From positions 1-39,588 of IMG/VR virus record IMGVR_UViG_3300037755_000237: a DNA stretch of 39,588 bases. One strand, 5' to 3'. The notes under the pieces were generated by a model. The model was not told the DNA's origin, made no database searches, and worked only from the letters and a program-made list of their open reading frames with translations. This document shows, in pieces, positions 8,838 through 15,378 of the stretch. The stretch comes from a virus. Its lineage: Duplodnaviria; Caudoviricetes. The stretch's first letter is position 1; every line of letters begins with the position of its first letter. Position numbers and translations under genes: made by a program.

Positions 8838-8849
8838 ACAGGCAAATGA
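8631..8849 (+). CDS. Small SH3-like/beta hypothetical protein
   Basis: FGLGDTVIVDGD...VTALCWR...VEVSW; flanked by 15-nt repeats. Confidence 0.6.
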   Translation: MTLKPPSKFDIPFGLGDTVIVDGDGSLHMRVTALCWRATMPEVEVSWMHNGSMNSSWVPPWRLSLEAPETGK

Positions 8850-9268
8850 CGAACGAGGAACGGATAGAAGCGGCTGCTTGGAGAATTCATGAATCTCGGC
8901 CGAAGCTAAACACGGACATTGATTGTGCGTGGCCTGATCTTTCGGATGATTGGAAAGCCGTATTTCGCACGCAGGGGAGGATAGTTCTTGAAACGGCCTT
9001 CCCCGAACTGTTCGCCGACCCGCCTACGGCATGGATAGCGCCATGGGAGTTTAGCAAAGAGGACAAGTTGGAGATCATTACGAAGTGGGCAATCTGGACA
9101 CAGCAAGAGGTTAGCGAAATAGCCAAGTCGATTGATTACGAAAAAATGGGTGTCGATGATTTGATGCGCGCTCAGGATAAGGGATGGCGTCAAGGGTTTC
9201 AATCGCTATCCAGTTGCGAGTTTGATGTTGTCTGGAACGCATCGCGCGATCTCGGGAGGCAGGATTGA
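8846..9268 (+). CDS. Hypothetical phage protein
   Basis: MTNEERIEAAAW...; ATGA-coupled. Confidence 0.6.
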   Translation: MTNEERIEAAAWRIHESRPKLNTDIDCAWPDLSDDWKAVFRTQGRIVLETAFPELFADPPTAWIAPWEFSKEDKLEIITKWAIWTQQEVSEIAKSIDYEKMGVDDLMRAQDKGWRQGFQSLSSCEFDVVWNASRDLGRQD

Positions 9269-9849
9269 GCCTATCGAAATTCGAGCGCCGACGCCGCAAG
9301 GCCATGCTGGACGACTTGCGGGACGCAGGGGAGCCGGTACGCGGTCGGCCGCCTAATGACTGTCTCCGGGAGCCGTCAGGCCGCCCGTCACGCGCGAAGG
9401 AACACCCAATGAAAACCGCCATAGAGGCCCGTCAGCGTGTTTATGGCGTATCCGAGACAGAAGCCCCGCGTCAGGAGGCTGGAAGCGCTGTAGGCCGCCT
9501 GTGGGCGCGCGGCGCGGTATCCCAGGTTCAGCTCGACGCGGCCAAGTCCTACCGCCAAATCCATGCCTTGGCACTACGCTACGAACAACCCCCGCACGGC
9601 CTTGAAGTTACCGGCGGCGGCCGGCCGGTTGATTGGGACGCCGAGGGCTTCGATCAGGAAGCCTATACCGACCGAGCAATCTCAGCGATAGCCCGCTATC
9701 ATGGCCTTAGAATGGCATTGGAAAACATCGCGGCGGAACGGGTAATTTACCATACGGTCATCGAGGACAGGGACACCCCCGGTTGGACATTGGTCAAGCT
9801 ACGCGAAGGTCTTGATTTGATTGCGCGGAATGCACCGTTGAAGGCTTGA
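9265..9849 (+). CDS. Putative late-gene transcription regulator (Q-position gene)
   Basis: Last early gene, followed by TTGAC and a noncoding leader; REPSGR...GSAVGRL...QLDAA...LREGLDLIA pattern. Confidence 0.55.
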   Translation: MSLSKFERRRRKAMLDDLRDAGEPVRGRPPNDCLREPSGRPSRAKEHPMKTAIEARQRVYGVSETEAPRQEAGSAVGRLWARGAVSQVQLDAAKSYRQIHALALRYEQPPHGLEVTGGGRPVDWDAEGFDQEAYTDRAISAIARYHGLRMALENIAAERVIYHTVIEDRDTPGWTLVKLREGLDLIARNAPLKA

Positions 9850-9879
9850 CGACCGGGGTATTAAATGCCATGTCATACT
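9846..9879 (+). promoter_or_regulatory. Putative late promoter
   Basis: TTGACG overlapping the regulator stop codon; -10 unclear (CATGTC or CATACT). Confidence 0.4.
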
Positions 9880-9933
9880 AAATTCCCGATTTGCACGTTT
9901 CGCCCCGCCGCCCATCGCGCGGGGCACCATGAA

Positions 9934-10185
9934 TCTGGCGAGCGGTATTCGCAGAAATATCGAAAGTGGAGAGTCCAAGGGGGCTGCGCCCTTTGGCGCT
10001 GGAAACGCAGAAACGGCGTAACGCGCTCCGGCCTCGCCAGACACCTTCCGGGCTCCGGCCCGAACGATATCGGCGCGGCGTCGTGGAATGCAGACACGAG
10101 CGCGAAGCCCGGCACGAACCTTCACGCAGAAGGCCAGTGCGATAACCCGGACGAGAGTGTAGCGACTCTCCCGCGTCGATTCCCA
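9934..10185 (+). ncRNA. Structured late-leader RNA including a tRNA-like cloverleaf (10069-10185)
   Basis: Closing stems TCTGGCGAG/CTCGCCAGA and ATCGGCGCGG/CCGCGTCGAT; arms TCGTG/CACGA, CCTTC/GAAGG, GAGAGT/ACTCTC. Confidence 0.45.
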
Positions 10186-10260
10186 TCACCAAGGATAACG
10201 AGATGCGCGAGATATTTCCGCTCATTGAAGGCGACAGCGGCCTCGATATCGAGAAAGACA

Positions 10261-10536
10261 ATGGCTTCTAAAGCCACCTCCGACCGTATTTCCTCCATTG
10301 CCGGCAAGTACATGAACATGGACACGTTCGACCATATCCCGACCGACGAGGAATGGGCTGAGATGAGGTCGTGCTTTGCCAGTTGCGTTTCGCAAGACGA
10401 AACACCAGCTCTTGTTTTAACTGGCGTATCTGCCACTGACGGCACCGCTGACGGCTCCAATACGGCTAAGGTCGAAATCTCCGCCGGCAAGCGCCCTATC
10501 CACGAGTGGGATGAGAGCGAGGCGGAGGAAGCATGA
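10261..10536 (+). CDS. Small hypothetical late protein
   Basis: MASKATSDRISSIAGKY...ASCVSQDETP; GAAAG upstream. Confidence 0.65.
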   Translation: MASKATSDRISSIAGKYMNMDTFDHIPTDEEWAEMRSCFASCVSQDETPALVLTGVSATDGTADGSNTAKVEISAGKRPIHEWDESEAEEA

Positions 10537-10829
10537 GCAAGGTCGCCATTCCCGAAAGCGTCAGAGCCTATGAGGGCGAATGTAGGGCAATTCTATCGTG
10601 GCTGAAGAATGACGAGTGGATTGATCAGCATGAATTTGACCGCAAGTCTTTTGAATGGGCGTTGTCGGGTGGCTCAGGGCAGTTAACTTATTATACCCCA
10701 GAAACACTTTTGCCGCCGCTGTTTGGCGGTGATGTGAATTTGATGATCTTGCATGAATTCCAGCGTGAGAATTTGGTGCAAGCGCGTAAACGCAACGGCA
10801 AAATTGAGTACCGTTTGTTGTCGGCATGA
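10533..10829 (+). CDS. Hypothetical protein (AT-richer)
   Basis: ATGA-coupled at both ends. Confidence 0.6.
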   Translation: MSKVAIPESVRAYEGECRAILSWLKNDEWIDQHEFDRKSFEWALSGGSGQLTYYTPETLLPPLFGGDVNLMILHEFQRENLVQARKRNGKIEYRLLSA

Positions 10830-11326
10830 CCACCCACTGTTTTCTATTCTACGGCCTAGGTGGGGATACATGGTCGGAGGGGATGGATGCGCTTGCGGGG
10901 AAGCTGGACGACATCGATGCACTTTGGGACAGCCCACAGTCGTTTCACGATTGGCGCGTGGCCGTTAAGCACATAGACAAACTTAATGGCAGTCAGCGCG
11001 TTGTCCTCATGGGCCACAGCCTTGGTGCCAATTCCTGTTCGCTCATAGCCTCTGAAACCAAACGCGACATAGACTTGATCGTATCTTTCGATGCCGGCGG
11101 CTGGTTCACATCGAAGCGCAGCATCGGCGCTAACGTCAAGCACCTGATCAACATCCATTCGACCAACTGGTCCAATTGGCTTGGTCACGGTAAGTTAAAG
11201 CCCAATCGCAAATTCAAGGGCAAGCTCCAGGAGTACAAAACCAAGGCCAGTCATGTCGCGGTTGACAACCGGCCTGAGCTACACGAAATCGCATTGGCAG
11301 CAGTGAGAGGATTGTCCGATGCCTGA
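10826..11326 (+). CDS. Alpha/beta-hydrolase fold protein
   Basis: LFYGLGG oxyanion region, VVLMGHSLGA nucleophile elbow, SFDA, ASHVAVD. Confidence 0.8.
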   Translation: MTTHCFLFYGLGGDTWSEGMDALAGKLDDIDALWDSPQSFHDWRVAVKHIDKLNGSQRVVLMGHSLGANSCSLIASETKRDIDLIVSFDAGGWFTSKRSIGANVKHLINIHSTNWSNWLGHGKLKPNRKFKGKLQEYKTKASHVAVDNRPELHEIALAAVRGLSDA

Positions 11327-11489
11327 CACCACACCTGTTGTCGTAAACCGTCCGCTTCGAGCCAATGAGGAATGGCCGATGGTAGAAATCGGCTATCGCT
11401 TCACTGGGGATCAGGATGGCAATCCAGTGGGCAATTTCTACCGCAAGGTTGTGCCGTGGAAGGATAGTATGCCCGATGCCTGACACCAC
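11316..11489 (+). repeat. Direct repeat CCGATGCCTGACACCAC (11316-11332, 11473-11489)
   Basis: Exact 17-nt match containing an overlapping stop and start. Confidence 0.85.
11319..11483 (+). CDS. 54-aa hypothetical protein in a repeat-bounded cassette
   Basis: Own translation MPDTTPVVVNRPLRANEEWPMVEIGYRFTGDQDGNPVGNFYRKVVPWKDSMPDA*. Confidence 0.5.
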   Translation: MPDTTPVVVNRPLRANEEWPMVEIGYRFTGDQDGNPVGNFYRKVVPWKDSMPDA

Positions 11490-11847
11490 CCAGCCAAAGC
11501 ATCCGGGGGGCAATGGCAAGGCAATTGCAAAAACAGTACCCAAACAATTGACCCCGTGGAAGCCGGGCCAATCAGGCAATCCAGCCGGTCGTCCACAGGG
11601 CGCACGCTCTAAGCTGGGCGAGGCCTTCATCAAGGCCATGCTGACCGACTTCACCGAGCATGGTAACAACGCCATTGAAGCGGTTCGCGCTGACAAGCCA
11701 GACCAATACCTTAAGGTCATTGCGATGATCCTGCCCAAGGAAATCGTTGCCGAGGTCTCGCATCGCTTTGTCGCTCTCATGCCGGCCCCGATAGAAACCA
11801 CGGACGAATGGCAGAAACAGCATTCTCCGAACCAGCGGATTCAGTAG
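11476..11847 (+). CDS. terS: Terminase small subunit
   Basis: PWKPGQSGNPAGRPQGARSKL motif; immediately upstream of terL. Confidence 0.75.
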   Translation: MPDTTQPKHPGGNGKAIAKTVPKQLTPWKPGQSGNPAGRPQGARSKLGEAFIKAMLTDFTEHGNNAIEAVRADKPDQYLKVIAMILPKEIVAEVSHRFVALMPAPIETTDEWQKQHSPNQRIQ

Positions 11848-13409
11848 AGGTCATCTGGCAGCCCCAGCCGGGGCCACAGACGGCGCTGGTCACATGTCCG
11901 GTCTTCGAGGTCTTCTACGGCGGGGCACGCGGTGGCGGCAAGACTGACGGGGTTCTAGGCGACTTCATCGGCCATGCCGATCAGTACGGAGAACACGCGG
12001 TCGGGCTGATGATCCGCCGGGAGCGGACGCAGCTCATCGAGACGATAGAGCGTAGCCGGCAAATCTACGCGCCGCTCGGGGCCAAGTATCACGAGCAGGA
12101 CAAGATGTGGCGGTTCCCTAACGGGGCCAGACTGCGCTTTGCCTATCTTGAGCGGGATGCCGACGCGGAAGCCTACCAGGGACATAGCTACACGCGGGTT
12201 TACATCGAGGAGTTGGGCAACTTCCCGACGCCAGGGCCGGTGCTTAAGCTCATGGCGACATTGCGTTCGCCGACTGGCGTTCCGGTAGGCTTCAGGGCCA
12301 CTGGCAACCCCGGTGGACCGGGGCATAGCTGGGTCAAGACGCGCTATATCGATCCGTCCCCGGTGGGCTGGGAACGGCTGGTTGACGAACGGACTGGGCT
12401 GGAGCGAATCTACATACCGTCACGGGTAAGTGATAATCACTATCTCGGGGCGGACTATATCCAGCGTCTCAGGGCCTCGGGTTCGGACGAATTGGTCCGG
12501 GCATGGCTTGAGGGCGACTGGAGTGCTATCGAGGGGGCGTTCTTTGACTGTTGGAGCACGGAAAAGCATGTTGTCGCGCCGTTCACTGTTCCGGGCCATT
12601 GGCTTAGGTTCCGCAGCATGGATTGGGGGTCTGCTGCCCCGTTCAGCGTCGGCTGGTGGGCGGTTGCCAGTGAACCATTCAGACTACGTACTGACGGGTG
12701 TGTCGGAGTTGGAGAGATCCGTAATTCCGGTCAATATTCTGAAGCGGCCACTGGGATGGCAGATGACGATGGACGACAGGGGCATAATCCATCATTGGAT
12801 ATTGGGAGAGGAAGTGTCGCGCGAGGAGTTTCACTCCCGCGTGGGGCGCTTGTCCGCTACCGAGAATGGTACGGAACCGGCCAAAAGCTGACTGCGGAAG
12901 ACGTTGCGCTCGGCATTCTTGAAAAGGAAGTCTCTGACGTTGACGAGGCCGGCAAGTCGCTGATCCAGTATGGCGTTCTCGATCCTTCCGCATTTGCACA
13001 GGATGGCGGGCCTTCAATAGCCGAACGAATGCACCGGGTAGGCGTTACCTTCCGCCGGGCTGATAACAAGCGTGTCCCGCAACGCGGCGCAATGGGCGGC
13101 TGGGACTTAATGCGCCATCGCATGGTGGGCGACTTGGACGGCAATCCAATGCTGGTGGTGTTTTCGACCTGCAAGGATTTCATTCGCACGGTGCCGGTGC
13201 TGCAGCACGACCCGGACAGGCCCGAGGATTTGGACACCGAGGCGGAAGACCACGTGGCTGACGAGACACGTTACGCCTGTGCCAGCCGTCCGTGGGCGCG
13301 CCCTACACCACGGCCAGACAAGCCCATTGTCGATTTGTCCATACCGACGCTCAGGGATGTGCTGAAAGCCGATGCGCGCAATCGGGGTAGGGCTGGAGAC
13401 AGGATATGA
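11808..13409 (+). CDS. terL: Terminase large subunit
   Basis: PQPGPQ, Walker A GGARGGGKT, Walker B VYIEE, ATGNPGG, MDWG, EDHVADETRY. Confidence 0.95.
   Translation: MAETAFSEPADSVEVIWQPQPGPQTALVTCPVFEVFYGGARGGGKTDGVLGDFIGHADQYGEHAVGLMIRRERTQLIETIERSRQIYAPLGAKYHEQDKMWRFPNGARLRFAYLERDADAEAYQGHSYTRVYIEELGNFPTPGPVLKLMATLRSPTGVPVGFRATGNPGGPGHSWVKTRYIDPSPVGWERLVDERTGLERIYIPSRVSDNHYLGADYIQRLRASGSDELVRAWLEGDWSAIEGAFFDCWSTEKHVVAPFTVPGHWLRFRSMDWGSAAPFSVGWWAVASEPFRLRTDGCVGVGEIRNSGQYSEAATGMADDDGRQGHNPSLDIGRGSVARGVSLPRGALVRYREWYGTGQKLTAEDVALGILEKEVSDVDEAGKSLIQYGVLDPSAFAQDGGPSIAERMHRVGVTFRRADNKRVPQRGAMGGWDLMRHRMVGDLDGNPMLVVFSTCKDFIRTVPVLQHDPDRPEDLDTEAEDHVADETRYACASRPWARPTPRPDKPIVDLSIPTLRDVLKADARNRGRAGDRI
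12568..12891 (+). CDS. Overprinted ORF inside terL with twin-arginine-like signal peptide
   Basis: +1 frame MLSRRSLFRAIGLGSAAWIGGLLPRSASA...; spans a terL segment that looks like an insertion. Confidence 0.5.
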   Translation: MLSRRSLFRAIGLGSAAWIGGLLPRSASAGGRLPVNHSDYVLTGVSELERSVIPVNILKRPLGWQMTMDDRGIIHHWILGEEVSREEFHSRVGRLSATENGTEPAKS

Positions 13410-13768
13410 ACATGTTTCGCAGACTTATTGATTTTTTCGCAGGACATTCACGAGAGGAAAAATGGTCTCCGCCACTTGATCTTGTTGAGTGGAGTCACCG
13501 GGTAAATAGCCTGGATGCCGACAAATTGGCTGAGTTGGAAGAGCAGGACAGAGCGCGCTACTTTGTTCTCGGAAAACCGTATTGGGGGACGCCGCAGATG
13601 TTCGTTCTTGGGATGCCGGTGGCGTCGCCTGTGGTCGATAATGGCCCGTCAATGATAACGGAACCTCTTTGTTATAGCTATCGGCCAACGGGTGCTGGTG
13701 ATTATTTCTGGATTGGCGACGGAGACAACGTTTATCCGTTACATAAGCCCAAGTCGGATGCAGCCTGA
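13406..13768 (+). CDS. Cassette gene 1, hypothetical
   Basis: ATGA-coupled to terL; ends SDAA*. Confidence 0.6.
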   Translation: MNMFRRLIDFFAGHSREEKWSPPLDLVEWSHRVNSLDADKLAELEEQDRARYFVLGKPYWGTPQMFVLGMPVASPVVDNGPSMITEPLCYSYRPTGAGDYFWIGDGDNVYPLHKPKSDAA

Positions 13769-13782
13769 ACAAGGCAAGGGAT

Positions 13783-14031
13783 ATGACGATGTATGAAATT
13801 TACGAAAGCAAACTGTATAATATCCCCTATCCATCCGCCCGCGATCTTATTGAAGACCGTATTCGATGCTTCGAAATGGACATTCGCAATGCTGAGAGAC
13901 GTATTGAAAACGCACACGAGACTATATCGGCGGATACAAATAGGATACAGCGCGCGCAAGTATATTTGCAGGAATTGCGCGACGCGCTAGGGGCGATTGC
14001 CGGGGGGACTAGGGAGTCGGATGCAGCCTGA
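13783..14031 (+). CDS. Cassette gene 2, coiled-coil hypothetical
   Basis: Heptad-like helix; ends SDAA*. Confidence 0.6.
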   Translation: MTMYEIYESKLYNIPYPSARDLIEDRIRCFEMDIRNAERRIENAHETISADTNRIQRAQVYLQELRDALGAIAGGTRESDAA

Positions 14032-14049
14032 CAGGGCTGGAGACAGGAT

Positions 14050-14211
14050 TTAGTCCTTGCGTTCGAAATGGCGGGCGAACTCGCGAAAGTGTTCTTCTTC
14101 GCTATAGTCCACGGTCACAGTTCCAAGGCTTTCGACAAAGGTTTTCTGGAGAATGACCGCCAGTTCATAGGCGGTAATGTCTGGCTGTGGATTGAAGCGA
14201 TATTTCGTCAC
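14050..14211 (-). CDS. 53-aa hypothetical protein
   Basis: GTG with AAGGAG; MTKYRFNPQPDITAYELAVILQK...RHFERKD*. Confidence 0.55.
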   Translation of the reverse strand: MTKYRFNPQPDITAYELAVILQKTFVESLGTVTVDYSEEEHFREFARHFERKD

Positions 14212-14238
14212 GGCAAATGCTCCTTTAGCAGGCTGTAT

Positions 14239-14688
14239 CTAACGCCATACACGTACCGTGCAATCAGGATAGGCTTTGCAGGCGTCAAGGTAGTCGCCAA
14301 CGAACTTGACCAGCCCTTCGTAACTCCCCCAGCCATTCGTAGGGTTGTGGGCGCGGAATGTCACAGGATCGGCCTGTAACCTTTCAAGTCCGGTGGTTAG
14401 TGGCTCGATTAACTGTTTGGCTTGGCCGATGCCGATCTCGTCAGGCCGCCACAAGTACTTATAGACGCCAGCCGCATCAGCCATCTTGCCGAGATTGTGA
14501 GTGATGTTGGCGTGGTAGACAAGGTCATCGCCGTCACCAGTGAATGTCACGGGTTTGCGACCGGGAAACTTGGCGTCCCATTCCTCGCGCGAGATTTCTT
14601 TTTGTTGGCCGTCCTCTCTGACAAAAATGCCGTCGCCAACTCCGACAGGTGCCAGCGTCGCACCTTCGAGATAAACGTCTAGGCTCAT
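14239..14688 (-). CDS. Conserved phage hypothetical protein
   Basis: MSLDVYL...ANITHNLGKMA...NPTNGWGSYEGL. Confidence 0.75.
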   Translation of the reverse strand: MSLDVYLEGATLAPVGVGDGIFVREDGQQKEISREEWDAKFPGRKPVTFTGDGDDLVYHANITHNLGKMADAAGVYKYLWRPDEIGIGQAKQLIEPLTTGLERLQADPVTFRAHNPTNGWGSYEGLVKFVGDYLDACKAYPDCTVRVWR

Positions 14689-15110
14689 TTCAAATACTCC
14701 TCTAGCAGTTCACGGATGGCCTGTGGGCGGGTCTTTCCGCCACGGTAGGCGTCAAGTCTAGCCAGCAAATCCGGTTGAAGCCTGACGCCGACAAGCGTGC
14801 CTATACCGTCAGGTGCATGGGCGCCATTGCGAACAGCTTCGATGGCTTGCTCAATAGCAGCTAGGGCCTCGGTTTCAGTAACGTCAAACCATTCGCCCCC
14901 CGCTCTCGCGTAGGCAAGGAGACTGTGTGCCATCTTTTCTACGGCGCGGGCTGACAGTCGGTCTGGCAAAGCCGTAGAAACAAGGACGCGAAGCGGTATG
15001 CCGCGCTCGTTTTGTAGCGTCTCAGCGCGAGCGTGGGGCGCGCGCGAAATGCCAACTTTAATCGCTCGCTGCTCTTCGGTGCCAATCGCGTAGATGTGGA
15101 TTGGGGTCAT
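14685..15110 (-). CDS. GIY-YIG-like (T5orf172/Mug113-type) nuclease domain fused to C-terminal ribbon-helix-helix
   Basis: HIYAIG...IKVGIS..P..R...LQ...E...H...GEWF; VGVRLQPDLLARLDAYR...RPQAIRELL. Confidence 0.75.
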   Translation of the reverse strand: MTPIHIYAIGTEEQRAIKVGISRAPHARAETLQNERGIPLRVLVSTALPDRLSARAVEKMAHSLLAYARAGGEWFDVTETEALAAIEQAIEAVRNGAHAPDGIGTLVGVRLQPDLLARLDAYRGGKTRPQAIRELLEEYLK

Positions 15111-15292
15111 AGTCCAGTTTCCTTCCCGGCTGTAGTTAGTTCGGCGGTCGCCTTCTGGCGTAGCGCCATGCGAATCCATGCCGAAATGGACAGGCCAGAT
15201 AGTTCGGCCGCCTTGGCGAAAGCGTCCTTTTCTTTCTGATTGACCCTGATCCGCAGGAATTCGGGTCGCCCTAAGCCTCTAATACCTTTCAT
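15107..15292 (-). CDS. Ribbon-helix-helix DNA-binding protein
   Basis: LRIRVNQKEKDAFAKAAELSGLSISAWIRMAL. Confidence 0.75.
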   Translation of the reverse strand: MKGIRGLGRPEFLRIRVNQKEKDAFAKAAELSGLSISAWIRMALRQKATAELTTAGKETGL

Positions 15293-15378
15293 GAGTGTGC
15301 CCACATGATACCGCCTTTCGCGGCATTGTGTAGCACCACTTGCGGGGCACAACAAGCCCACGCGGGAGAATGCCTTGA

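Larger units (their letters stand above)
13389..14049 (+). repeat. Two interleaved 17-nt direct repeats: AGGGCTGGAGACAGGAT (13389, 14033) and AGTCGGATGCAGCCTGA (13752, 14015)
   Basis: Exact matches read directly from the sequence. Confidence 0.9.

Noticed and set aside
10069-10185. Canonical tRNA gene
   Set aside because: No TTCGA T-loop, no 7-nt anticodon loop, and an oversized middle arm; kept only as tRNA-like
9865-10260. N-terminal extension of the 223-aa ORF
   Set aside because: Not protein-like, overlaps the promoter and stem-loops; better start at 10261
12671-12830. Intein in terL
   Set aside because: About 50 aa is too short; no Cys/Ser N-terminal block, and HN is followed by Pro
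13389-14049. CRISPR array or integron attC sites
   Set aside because: Only two copies of each repeat, gene-sized spacing, no attC-like palindromes, no cas or intI gene
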